DNA of 64,000 bases, the filler included, from Chlamydiia bacterium (GTDB taxonomy: Bacteria > Chlamydiota > Chlamydiia > Chlamydiales > FEN-1388): NCBI GenBank assembly GCA_903848235.1. It is 7 parts of 7 records of this genome, joined end to end, with 100 filler letters (N's around TTAATTAATTAA, not from the genome) between each part and the next. Parts side by side here need not be neighbours in the genome. Positions count along the whole stretch, not along the records: positions 1 to 12,296 come from CAINFV010000055.1; 6 more parts are not named here. One strand, 5' to 3'. Of this stretch, positions 1-9,163 are shown in pieces (position 1 is the stretch's first letter; the number at the start of each line of letters is the position of its first letter). Under the pieces are notes generated by a model. It searched no databases. It was given only the letters and a program-made list of their open reading frames with translations, and had not been told where the DNA came from. A program made the translations under genes and the position numbers.

Positions 1-368
1 GGCTTGGGAAAGAAAAGGGAGCTATGGAGAGGGCGTTCTTCAGGGATGATGAGGGAGGTGATCCCATGCCGAGCACACAGTTCCTGAGCAAGAAGAGCAA
101 GAAGAATCGACGTCCCGCCTCCAGATCGAGCGAAAATGGATCGAGGGGAGGGATGATAGGATGATAAAAGTGGTGTCCATGACTGGGTCGGTTCGCTAGA
201 GTTTTTTTTCAGAAAATCGCAAAAATCAAGGAGAACATTTAATGAGTCGTAATGGCTGCCTGTGGCAGTATTGGTAAATTCTTCTTTGACAGCTCTAGAT
301 GTTTGGAGGGATGCCTCGGGGCATTGTGATAGAAACTCTGGGAGCATGTGATCGTTCCTTACGTAAGG

Positions 369-2090
369 CTACTGGCAAAATGGGTCTGCAGTTAACTTGA
401 TATAAAGCTCCTTCATCTGTCCGAAGAGACTTTGGACGACTTCGGACATCGCTTGAGCTTTTTGTGGATTGTCATGAAGAATTTCCTCTTCCATCTGTTT
501 GAAGGCTGCCAGGGCTTGTGTGAAAAGAGCTGTTATCTGTTGTGTTACTATCTGAGCATCCGGTGTCATGGGCTTGTCGGCGGCTGCTTTTATCATATCA
601 GCCATCGCCTGAGCCTGTTTCATGGCCGCCTGTGCTGCATCAGTATGTTTGAGGACATGTCGTGCCGTTGCAATGGGGCTTAATAGAATGCTGTTGAATA
701 GAGCGTCAATATTCTGTGCCAGCGTCAGAAGGTTTTCAGTGAAATCATCTGGCAGATCAAATCTGTCCTTTGCAATTGCTGCAAAGTGAAGAACTGCTTC
801 ACGATGAGTCATGATTCGGGGGTGATGGTCAAAATAGTACGTGGCAGTTTCATCTGGCCGTTGAAGATCATGCAGTGATATGGAAAACCTACCATTTCTA
901 TCGCATGGGAGCTGCTCTAAGCCCTGTGCTCCTGCTGAGTTGATAAAGAGACTTCCTCTTAGAAAGTCGATTCCAAAGATCATTGATGCTTGGGGCGCTT
1001 TTTTAAGTACAACAACCTTGCTCTTACCAGAAAACTGCATCTTTATGATGTGCTCTAGATTGAGGATGTTGTCTGGGGATTCTGCTGACGTGCTGTGTTT
1101 TTTTCGAAAAGAGCTCCACTCAAGCTCCTCGATAGGTGTAGGCCCGAAAGTTTGGAGGACAAGGCACTTGTCTTTTCGCTGCGTGTCAGTGAAGCGGACT
1201 ACAGTGGCGCAGTGGTGAACTTTCTCTGTTGCAGCGTCGTAGTCAGGCCAGATGAATGACGCAGCATGAGGAACGGGGGGGCGTGCCCAGTCAGGAAATG
1301 AATATTCGCCAAACACCCCACTTACTATACCCCTTTTTTTCAGATCCTGTTGAAGAGCTCCTGCAAGAGCCACGCAATCTCCTGAATGATATTTGGCAAC
1401 AATCGCAGATGGATTAGGAGTAAAGATCTGAAAAGCCTGTTGCAAGGTGAGGTGAGTATTTTTCTCTTTGGCAATTCGAAAAAATTTCATGAATTCGAGG
1501 CAAATCGCCATGTTGTTATATGTTGGCGATCCAATCGTTTCAGCATACACAGATCGTATAGCTTGGAGCTGCTCTAGAGTAACTGGTTTGCCGAGGTACA
1601 TTTTTTCTACAGGCACGGTCACCTTACGATCTTGAGGAGAAATTGTAAGGCGCCCTGTTTCATCGAAGATAACCCGCAAAGGTCCTTTTAAGAAGCGAAC
1701 GGCGACGCTCCCTGCCTTTGAGGGGATGGCAGGAAAGATCGCATTATGTCTGTCAATCAATTGTAGGAGAGCTTTTTGTTGAGGAGGAGCGCCGTTTACT
1801 GATAGTTGAACAATTTCATGCAGGAAATTCGATTGTTGGAGAGCACTATCAGCAACTGAGATAATCTTCTTAAGAGAGTCTTGTTCCTTTTGCTCATCAC
1901 TGAAGGCTGCGACCCTTCTTTTTTCAAGGCCAAAACAGATGAGTTGTGCAATCCCTAGAGTAAGGGCGCCAACAACAACGCTACAGACGGTAGCGGAAAT
2001 CTTTTCATGACGGGAAAGCTCTGGCGACAGAGGATGAACAATGTAGTGCTGAAAAAAAGTCGATATGGACAACAACATATGGTTTCTCAT
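369..2090 (-). CDS. hypothetical protein, effector-like, with possible papain/transglutaminase-fold Cys-His-Gln triad
   Basis: 573-aa ORF; N-terminal hydrophobic segment (ATVCSVVVGALTLGIAQLICF); motifs GDCVALA, HHCATVV and LVLQT; helical C-terminus. Confidence 0.75.
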   Translation of the reverse strand: MRNHMLLSISTFFQHYIVHPLSPELSRHEKISATVCSVVVGALTLGIAQLICFGLEKRRVAAFSDEQKEQDSLKKIISVADSALQQSNFLHEIVQLSVNGAPPQQKALLQLIDRHNAIFPAIPSKAGSVAVRFLKGPLRVIFDETGRLTISPQDRKVTVPVEKMYLGKPVTLEQLQAIRSVYAETIGSPTYNNMAICLEFMKFFRIAKEKNTHLTLQQAFQIFTPNPSAIVAKYHSGDCVALAGALQQDLKKRGIVSGVFGEYSFPDWARPPVPHAASFIWPDYDAATEKVHHCATVVRFTDTQRKDKCLVLQTFGPTPIEELEWSSFRKKHSTSAESPDNILNLEHIIKMQFSGKSKVVVLKKAPQASMIFGIDFLRGSLFINSAGAQGLEQLPCDRNGRFSISLHDLQRPDETATYYFDHHPRIMTHREAVLHFAAIAKDRFDLPDDFTENLLTLAQNIDALFNSILLSPIATARHVLKHTDAAQAAMKQAQAMADMIKAAADKPMTPDAQIVTQQITALFTQALAAFKQMEEEILHDNPQKAQAMSEVVQSLFGQMKELYIKLTADPFCQ

Positions 2091-2670
2091 TGAAAACTAT
2101 ATCCCATACATGCGTTTTTTTTGAAAAAAACACAAGTTATTTTAGGCTGAATCATGAAAAGAGGTAGACGGAAAATCACATGATGTTGTGAAATATACCC
2201 AGTAAAGTTCGCTTGCCGTCTCAGTTGAGGGTACAGAGCCTTTGTGAGTGGCGAGTGAGTTGTGGGTAATTGCTTTCTCAATACTGAGAATGCTATTTCC
2301 CTTCTCGCTGACAGAGAATGAAATCTGTCAGCCGCGAAAGCGAACCATGGGAAGGGCGCATGTTAGGGGAACACTCCCCAGTATGCTGCAAAGGAGTCGG
2401 TCGAAGGAATTTCGACAGCTCTTTTTGGCATGTTCCGCGTCATTTTCCATGTACAGTTTTTATTAGTTTCCGCGTGGGAAGAAGTACTTTCCAGCGAAAG
2501 ATGAATGGTGCGCCCTTAGCTTACAAGAGAGTGTGCTACCTTTTTTTGCACTGTTGGGTTTTTTAGATCGAAAGATTCGAAATCGAATCTGGCAGGTTCA
2601 GTGCGTGTGATTGGTAGCAGTCAGAGTTGTAACTTAAGAGCGGGTCTTTCTGGTTTCTTGTGGAGGACGC

Positions 2671-3231
2671 ATGATCAACATTACGTGTACAACGCGCGAA
2701 GGCACATCGAAAGGCTTTGTGCGTCGACTTCGTCGCGCCGGTTCCATCCCCATCGTGGTCTATTCGAAGGGCCAAATGGCACATATTGGGACTGTATCTA
2801 GGGCTGAATTTGAAGCAGCAATGCGGTCTATTCGCCCAGGATTTTTGACGACAACTATGTTTTTAATGAAAGACGAAAAAGGCCTCGAAAGAAGGGTCTT
2901 GGTAAAAGAAATTCAATACAAGCCAACGACGTATGACATCATTCACATTGACTTCTTCGAGTTGGAAGAAGGTCGCAAGATTGAGGTCAAAGTCCCTGTA
3001 GAATTTGACAATGCTACTGAATGCGTTGGTGTCAAGTTAGGTGGGCAGCTCCGCCATATCATGCGCCATGTAAAAGTGCGTTGTATGCCAGCGGCTATCC
3101 CATCTCATTTTTCGGTTGATGTGAAGGATTTGGGGATACGTCAAACAAAACGAGTCCGAGATATCACCATTCCAGAGAATGTGAATTGTCTGGCTCATGC
3201 AGATGATGTTGTCGTTGCCGTACTCAAATGA
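2671..3231 (+). CDS. rplY: 50S ribosomal protein L25/general stress protein Ctc
   Basis: RRLRRAGSIPIVVY, IHIDF and GVKLGG motifs; GGAGG SD upstream; precedes pth. Confidence 0.97.
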   Translation: MINITCTTREGTSKGFVRRLRRAGSIPIVVYSKGQMAHIGTVSRAEFEAAMRSIRPGFLTTTMFLMKDEKGLERRVLVKEIQYKPTTYDIIHIDFFELEEGRKIEVKVPVEFDNATECVGVKLGGQLRHIMRHVKVRCMPAAIPSHFSVDVKDLGIRQTKRVRDITIPENVNCLAHADDVVVAVLK

Positions 3232-3238
3232 TAACTAG

Positions 3239-3817
3239 GTGTGTGGCGTGGACGAGCCGGGACAGGGTGGCTGCCCGTTGAGGGTAGTCGTAGGCCTTGG
3301 GAATCCAGGGCCAGAGTATGAGTGGACACGTCATAGTATTGGTGCGCAGATTGTAAAAGCCTTCGCAGAGCGACACCACTGCAGGTTTCACTCTGAGAAG
3401 GGTGTAGAGGCTCAGGTAGCAAAGGGTGTGGTTGGAGATCAGCCTGTCACCCTCGCCGTGCCTCGGGTTTACATGAATGAAAGCGGGCGAGCGGTAAGCC
3501 GGTTACTGCGCTATGTAGGCGTTGATGAGAAGAGCCTTATGGTTGTTATCGATGATATCGAGACGCCGTGGGGACAAGTGAAGATTGCATTTGCGGGCGG
3601 AACACGCGGTCATAATGGCTTGCGAAGTATCCAGGGACTCCTTGGGACGATGGAGTTTTCGCAGATGCGTGTTGGCGTTGGTCGACCAGGCAGCGGAAAT
3701 GTTGCTGATTATGTCTTACGCCGGTTTTCGGCTGAAGAGATGATAGAGCTTCCCGCTCTTATGGAACGGGCGCTGGTAATGATTGAAGAATGGTTACTTG
3801 AAAAGCCTGTCGATTGA
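3239..3817 (+). CDS. pth: peptidyl-tRNA hydrolase (start may be GTG at 3248)
   Basis: VVGLGNPGPEY..TRH, YMNESG, GHNGLRSI and RVGVGRP motifs. Confidence 0.97.
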   Translation: MCGVDEPGQGGCPLRVVVGLGNPGPEYEWTRHSIGAQIVKAFAERHHCRFHSEKGVEAQVAKGVVGDQPVTLAVPRVYMNESGRAVSRLLRYVGVDEKSLMVVIDDIETPWGQVKIAFAGGTRGHNGLRSIQGLLGTMEFSQMRVGVGRPGSGNVADYVLRRFSAEEMIELPALMERALVMIEEWLLEKPVD

Positions 3818-3954
3818 ACGACTAGGCTTGAAACTGTGGGTAGAATAGAGGCGTTTTGAGTAGCCCATAGCGTAAGCTACCTACATGTGCCTCCATTGGT
3901 AACCACCGTTTGTAGAAGAACAGTGTACTGGCTTCGAGGAGAAAGAAGAGAGCA

Positions 3955-4296
3955 ATGAAGCAAGAGAAAGAACAACTCTACGAGGGGATGTACATCCTCA
4001 GTGCGCATTTGAGTGATGATGCGCGTGGAAAGGCCTTTGAAAAAATCAAAGAGAAGATCATTTCCAGGGGTGGCAAGATCCTCAAGATTCATGATCAAGG
4101 GCGCCGCAGGCTAGCCTATGACATTAGCCGTCATCGAGAAGGGTATTACTACTTAGTATATTTTACTCTGATGCCGGGGCATATCGATGAGCTGTGGGAA
4201 GAGTATCGCCGTAATGAAGACCTTCTCCGGTTCCTCACCATTAAAGCGGAAAAGGTGTTGGAAGAATTGAAATTTAAACAGCTTCCAGAACTGTAA
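3955..4296 (+). CDS. rpsF: 30S ribosomal protein S6
   Basis: YEGMYIL, GRRRLAYDI and EGYYYL motifs; operon context. Confidence 0.97.
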   Translation: MKQEKEQLYEGMYILSAHLSDDARGKAFEKIKEKIISRGGKILKIHDQGRRRLAYDISRHREGYYYLVYFTLMPGHIDELWEEYRRNEDLLRFLTIKAEKVLEELKFKQLPEL

Positions 4297-4317
4297 GCCG
4301 AAGGGGATTGAAAGACT

Positions 4318-4584
4318 ATGATGAAACCTATGAAGCGTATTCCTAGAGAGCCTTCTGAATCTAGGGGTGGTAGTCGTAAACGGAAGCGATGTCCGTTCAC
4401 TTCTGAAAACTTCGAGAATATTGATTATAAAGATGTTGAAACCCTGTCAAAGTTTATCACTGAGAGAGGCAAGATCCTCCCTCGGCGTATTACTGGTGTT
4501 TCCGCATACTATCAACGTCGTTTGGCTAAGGCGATCAAGTTAGCAAGGCATGTTGCGTTGCTGCCGTTTGTCGCAGAAGTATGA
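4318..4584 (+). CDS. rpsR: 30S ribosomal protein S18
   Basis: [26 protein letters not shown]...[13 protein letters not shown]. Confidence 0.98.
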   Translation: MMKPMKRIPREPSESRGGSRKRKRCPFTSENFENIDYKDVETLSKFITERGKILPRRITGVSAYYQRRLAKAIKLARHVALLPFVAEV

Positions 4585-4702
4585 TTGAGGGAACCTTGAA
4601 CGTTGAACATCGGTCTCTTTTCTGCCGCGTCTTGGGATGAGGTAGCAAAGAGCTCTGAGTGTGATGAATAGGGGTTCTGACACGATAGGAGAGTTAGGAA
4701 CA

Positions 4703-5164
4703 ATGGCACAGAAAATTCTTCTCCTTGAAGACGTTGAATGCGTTGGTCGTAAGGGAGACATAGCTTCAGTAAAACCGGGCTATGCATTTAATTATCTGAT
4801 TCCCCAAGGGTTTGCTCTTGTGGCGAACAGAACTGCGTTACGTCGACAGGCAAAGCTTCAAGAAGAGCGACGTATCCGTGGTGATGAAGAACGCAAAGAA
4901 GCTCTTGAGCTAGCATCTCGCCTTGAAGGCGAGACCGTTGAGATCGAGGTGAAAGTCGATCACGAGGGGCATATGTATGGTAGCGTCTCTGTTCTCGACA
5001 TCATTCGCCATGTCAAATTAAAGACGGGCATTGATCTTGAGAAGAAGATGATTTCATTAAAGCAACCTCTCAAGGAAGTCGGTATCGCTGACTTGACTGT
5101 TCGTTTCAAGGAAGGCGTTACGGCTCAGATTCATGTGAAGGTATATCCGAAAGAAGAAGAGTAA
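4703..5164 (+). CDS. rplI: 50S ribosomal protein L9
   Basis: ILLLEDVECVGRKGDIASVKPGYAFNYLIPQG and MYGSVS; ATG at 4703 follows an AGGA SD. Confidence 0.97.
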   Translation: MAQKILLLEDVECVGRKGDIASVKPGYAFNYLIPQGFALVANRTALRRQAKLQEERRIRGDEERKEALELASRLEGETVEIEVKVDHEGHMYGSVSVLDIIRHVKLKTGIDLEKKMISLKQPLKEVGIADLTVRFKEGVTAQIHVKVYPKEEE

Positions 5165-5183
5165 TTTTTTTCTTTTGGTGATG

Positions 5184-5263
5184 GCCTCTTGCTACAACAG
5201 CGGCTCTGTTCTTTTGTACGACAAAAGAGTTGAGACTTTGCTGTAGCAAGAGGCTTTTTTTTT
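5184..5263 (+). terminator. long hairpin plus T-run, probable intrinsic terminator of the ribosomal protein operon
   Basis: GCCTCTTGCTACA...TGTAGCAAGAGGC 13-bp inverted repeat with inner TCTTTTGT/ACAAAAGA stem, followed by T9. Confidence 0.7.
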
Positions 5264-5341
5264 ATACCCAAACAAGTTGAAGAATTTCCAACTCTCCAAT
5301 ATGTTATACCTCTTCTGTCAATTGAGCTTCTGGGGCGTGTG

Positions 5342-6325
5342 ATGAAATTGAATAACGATAAAGTGACGGTTGTCACTGGTGGCGCAGGATTTATTGGATC
5401 GTGTGTCGTCCGTGAGCTCAATCTTCGTGGTATTTCGAATATTCTCATTGTCGACGATCTCGGCCTCTCTGACAAATGGCAGAACCTCACTGGAAAGCAG
5501 TACGCTGAAATCCTTCATAAGTCCCAGCTTTTTGACTATCTTGTAGCAAAAGAATCCTCGATAGGAAGCATTATCCATCTTGGAGCATGCTCGAGCACGG
5601 TAGAACGTGATGCAAATTATCTCTTAGAGAATAACTATCGCTACAGCCAGCGTCTGGCTTGTCTTGCGCTTGACCATAACATTCGCTTTGTCTACGCCTC
5701 CAGCGCTGCAACGTATGGTGATGGAGGACATGGTTTTTCTGATGACCACCAGATGCTTGCGTCGCTTCATCCGCTGAATATGTACGGGTATTCTAAGCAT
5801 TTGTTTGACCTCTGGCTGCTACAAAATGGTCTGCTTGACAAGGTGGCAGGGTTAAAATATTTTAACGTGTATGGCCCGAACGAATGGCATAAAGGGCGTA
5901 TGGCTTCCGCCATTGTGCGTATGGTTCCTGAGCTTGTGGAAACAGGAAAAATTAAGCTATTTCAGTCTAATCTTTCAATTTGTGCGGACGGAGAGCAGAA
6001 GCGGGATTTTATCTACGTCAAGGATGCTGCAGCGATTACATGTGATCTCGTGGATTCTGATGCTTGCGGTATTTTTAACGTTGGGACTGGTGAGGCGTCG
6101 TCTTGGAATCGTCTTGCCACTGCTGTTTTCTCTGCCCTTCTCCGTTCTGCTTCTATTGAGTATATCCCTATGCCTCAGGATCTGATTGGCAAATACCAAT
6201 ATTTTACTGAGGCCGATACCACAAAGCTCGAACAAGCATTGAAGAGAAAACCCTGCCGCTTTACTCTAGAAGAAGCTGTAAATGACTACGTGAATGCACA
6301 TCTTCTGCAGGAGAAGCGATGGTAA
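5342..6325 (+). CDS. hldD: ADP-L-glycero-D-manno-heptose 6-epimerase
   Basis: VTGGAGFIGS, HLGACSST, YASSAATYG, YGYSK, YFNVYGPNEWHKGRMAS and KYQYFTEAD motifs. Confidence 0.95.
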   Translation: MKLNNDKVTVVTGGAGFIGSCVVRELNLRGISNILIVDDLGLSDKWQNLTGKQYAEILHKSQLFDYLVAKESSIGSIIHLGACSSTVERDANYLLENNYRYSQRLACLALDHNIRFVYASSAATYGDGGHGFSDDHQMLASLHPLNMYGYSKHLFDLWLLQNGLLDKVAGLKYFNVYGPNEWHKGRMASAIVRMVPELVETGKIKLFQSNLSICADGEQKRDFIYVKDAAAITCDLVDSDACGIFNVGTGEASSWNRLATAVFSALLRSASIEYIPMPQDLIGKYQYFTEADTTKLEQALKRKPCRFTLEEAVNDYVNAHLLQEKRW

Positions 6326-7596
6326 TTCTATCTAAATCGCTTTCTACAATTGTACCCAAGACTATTCTCGTGGTTGGCGATCTGATTTTGGACCGCTATA
6401 CCTTTGGGCATTCTAAGCGCATATCGCCGGAAGCGCCTGTCCCTGTTGTCTTAGTAGAACGCGAAGAGGCGAAGGCGGGTGGCGCAGGCAATGTGGCGTT
6501 AAACCTTGCCTCTATGGGGATGCGCCCGCGGCTGCTCAGTCGTGTTGGCAATGATCTGACGGGGCGTCATCTTGTCATGCTCTTAGAAGAAGAGGGGCTT
6601 GAAACCGCTGGAATTGTAGAAGAAGATCAGTTTCTCACACCGACAAAAACAAGAATTATTGCTTCGTCTCAGCAGCTGGTGCGGATTGATCGAGAGACGT
6701 CGCAACCGATCAGTCGTAGATGCGAGCAGCAGATGTTAGATAGTATTCCTCGGCTGTTTGACGGCGTCGGTCTTGTAGCAATCTCCGATTATGCCAAAGG
6801 AACCTTGTCACTGTCGTTGCTCAGCGCTGTCATCCGCTATGCCAAAGAGCGTCATATTCCCTGCATCACTGATCCTAAGGGCACTGACTTCCGGAAGTAT
6901 GCTGGATCGACCATCTTAAAGCCCAACGCCTCTGAGACCCTCCGTGCAGCACCTCCCCATGGGGGCTCTTCTCTTGAAGAGGCTGCCGTTGCTCTTTTGC
7001 GATATGTTTCTGTTGATGTGCTGATGGTCACTCGTTCTGAAGAGGGGATTTCCTTGTTCTACCCCGATGGACGCCAAGAGCATTTTCCTGTTTTGCAGAA
7101 AGAGGTGCGCGATGTGACAGGTGCTGGCGACACTGTTCTGGCAATGCTGAGCGCTGCCTATGCATCTGGCGTTTCACTTGGTGAATGCGTGGCGCTGTCG
7201 AATGTCGCTGCTTCATGTGCTGTGGAACGTGTTGGCTGTGCCCGTGTCTGTCTTCAAGATGTTGCTGCCCGTCTTCTTGAGCAAAATCCAGCAGGAAAAA
7301 TCTGTTCTGGAGAGGTGTTTTCAAGTCTCAAAGGGGCTTTTCGTCATGAGCGTCTTCTGATGATTCGCATGCCCTCATGCTGCACGCTCTCTTCTGAGCA
7401 GCTCATTAGGATGCAGGAGATGGCCATACGCTATCCTGACAGACGTGCTGTTGCCTGTTTTGCAGAGGCTTCCCCTGATCCCCGTCTTCTCGAACTGGTG
7501 GCTGCCATAGGGCCTATGCATCTTGTCGTCCATGGGCTGAACATACATGCAGTCGAGTTGCCGTCTTCTGAAGACCACCTGTTCGTAAACTTGTAA
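6319..7596 (+). CDS. hldE: D-glycero-beta-D-manno-heptose-7-phosphate kinase (HldE/RfaE domain I) with degenerate C-terminal domain
   Basis: LVVGDLILDRY, RISPEAPVPVV, GGAGNVA, SDYAKG and DVTGAGDT; overlaps hldD. Confidence 0.9.
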   Translation: MVILSKSLSTIVPKTILVVGDLILDRYTFGHSKRISPEAPVPVVLVEREEAKAGGAGNVALNLASMGMRPRLLSRVGNDLTGRHLVMLLEEEGLETAGIVEEDQFLTPTKTRIIASSQQLVRIDRETSQPISRRCEQQMLDSIPRLFDGVGLVAISDYAKGTLSLSLLSAVIRYAKERHIPCITDPKGTDFRKYAGSTILKPNASETLRAAPPHGGSSLEEAAVALLRYVSVDVLMVTRSEEGISLFYPDGRQEHFPVLQKEVRDVTGAGDTVLAMLSAAYASGVSLGECVALSNVAASCAVERVGCARVCLQDVAARLLEQNPAGKICSGEVFSSLKGAFRHERLLMIRMPSCCTLSSEQLIRMQEMAIRYPDRRAVACFAEASPDPRLLELVAAIGPMHLVVHGLNIHAVELPSSEDHLFVNL

Positions 7597-7615
7597 AAGA
7601 TATACCGATTATTGA

Positions 7616-9028
7616 TCACTCCTGAGGAATGCAATATCTGATCTCATCGATCTGACGATCCAGTGCCTCTTGATCACCACAGGTGGCGCGCGTCTGTTCG
7701 AGCCGAGCCGTTTCTCTGTCTCTCCATTCCTGGACCCATCGAAGAGTTTCATTGCCAAAGGTATAGGGGTGATGGAGCTTCATTTTCGAGGGGCGGAAGA
7801 GATCTGCCAGAGAGGCGATATGAGGTCTTATATGGGGGCCGTTTCTGAGTCTTACCTCTTTATCCACAACGCCAGCACCGAGAACGAGTTGGAGGCTGTT
7901 GACCACGACGGCAATGGGAATAGATGCCGCGGTTTTCACACAGGATGGCATGAGGGAGCAACAGGAATCGACAAGAGGTTGGATGCGCCGAGGGGTTAGC
8001 AGCCGTGTGATTGTGTCATCAGTAGAGGGAAGGGGAATTTCGGCGCTTTCAGCAATATGTTTTGCCCAGAGCACACAGTTTGATTGAAACAACTGGAAGA
8101 TGAGTTTATCTTGGGCCTTTTCGTACTCGATTCTACCCTTCATTACATCAAACTGCTGCTGGGTAATCGCCACCTGGAGCGACCTAATCTCACACGGCCA
8201 GAACTCAGTGACGTCAGGCATCATCAGATACCCGCGCTTTAAGCGAAAAGGAAACTTCAAGTTATCACTTAATCCCCGTTTGCCAGGCCTGTACAGCCCT
8301 ACGCTGTAGACCGCGCCATCTGGGGTTTTAAGTCGAAGAAACCCATGATCGCCTGTCTTATGGGGGGTGTCTGCGCAGCAGACGACAAGCTCAAAGATAT
8401 AACGAAATCCCCATTGACTGGCGTCTGTGCGTTTGTAGGGCTTGAGTGTTTTCCAGTTATACATGTCATCGCCTTGGATGCCATCTTGGCCGTAGACCCA
8501 TGGCAGACGTGGGGAGACTGACGGTTGGGAAAAATGTGCCAATAGGTGTGCTGCCTCTGCCCACTGGACATACTCGCCATTTGCTCGTATTGAGAGCTCT
8601 TGTGTGTGTGGATTGACATGGAGCGTATGATGATATTCCATCAGATAACGTTCCAGATGAGAATCGGTGGCAAACTTCTCAAATCCTGGATTGAAGGCGA
8701 AGACATCGCCAGGAATTCCCAGCTTCAGTGCCAGATGTTCGCGTCGACACGTGTCAATGCGGGAATCAACGATGGAAGGAAAATTTTTGAAAAACCTTCG
8801 TCCTGCTAACACATGGGGATTGCTTTGTGCAGCGGCAGGCTCTTGTCGAGGTTCTTGTTCGAAGAGATGAGTAAGATCCTCTGCCCGTTGTGCAAGCTGT
8901 TCATTACGAAAAGTTGAAAAGGGGGGTAGGGAGAAGAGGGTTGATCTCTTCAGCATATCAGCAGAACACAACGCACCGCACGTCATACACAACTCCATAT
9001 CATCGATGTTTTCAGAGGCTTGCCTCAT
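7616..9028 (-). CDS. hypothetical protein, possible permuted papain-fold peptidase
   Basis: 470-aa ORF; GDHGFLRL...FQLFQSNCV pattern; C-terminal hydrophobic stretch. Confidence 0.7.
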   Translation of the reverse strand: MRQASENIDDMELCMTCGALCSADMLKRSTLFSLPPFSTFRNEQLAQRAEDLTHLFEQEPRQEPAAAQSNPHVLAGRRFFKNFPSIVDSRIDTCRREHLALKLGIPGDVFAFNPGFEKFATDSHLERYLMEYHHTLHVNPHTQELSIRANGEYVQWAEAAHLLAHFSQPSVSPRLPWVYGQDGIQGDDMYNWKTLKPYKRTDASQWGFRYIFELVVCCADTPHKTGDHGFLRLKTPDGAVYSVGLYRPGKRGLSDNLKFPFRLKRGYLMMPDVTEFWPCEIRSLQVAITQQQFDVMKGRIEYEKAQDKLIFQLFQSNCVLWAKHIAESAEIPLPSTDDTITRLLTPRRIQPLVDSCCSLMPSCVKTAASIPIAVVVNSLQLVLGAGVVDKEVRLRNGPHIRPHIASLADLFRPSKMKLHHPYTFGNETLRWVQEWRDRETARLEQTRATCGDQEALDRQIDEIRYCIPQE

Positions 9029-9163
9029 GATGTATCAAACTGGGCACATGAGAACAACACGGGCGTAATACGCCTCGAGATCCTCATGAGAACGATGGAG
9101 ATGATGTGATAGCAGCTCTTCTATTCTTGACGCAAGAGAGAAGTGTTTACCGGATTGCTCTTT

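Noticed and set aside
1..180. Possible 5' end of a minus-strand gene running off the window
   Set aside because: Two frames stay open but neither has a supportable start or recognisable motif.
2260..2480. TPP or cobalamin riboswitch (CTGAGA, GCGTGGGAA, GGGAAG motifs)
   Set aside because: Other core elements are missing or wrongly spaced and the downstream gene is rplY; kept only as an unclassified structured RNA candidate.
3850..3950. S6:S18 autoregulatory leader upstream of rpsF
   Set aside because: Short hairpins and a CCC are present, but I cannot match the known motif architecture by eye.
4591..4677. SRP (4.5S) RNA
   Set aside because: Lacks the domain IV CAGG...GGAA...AGCA signature.
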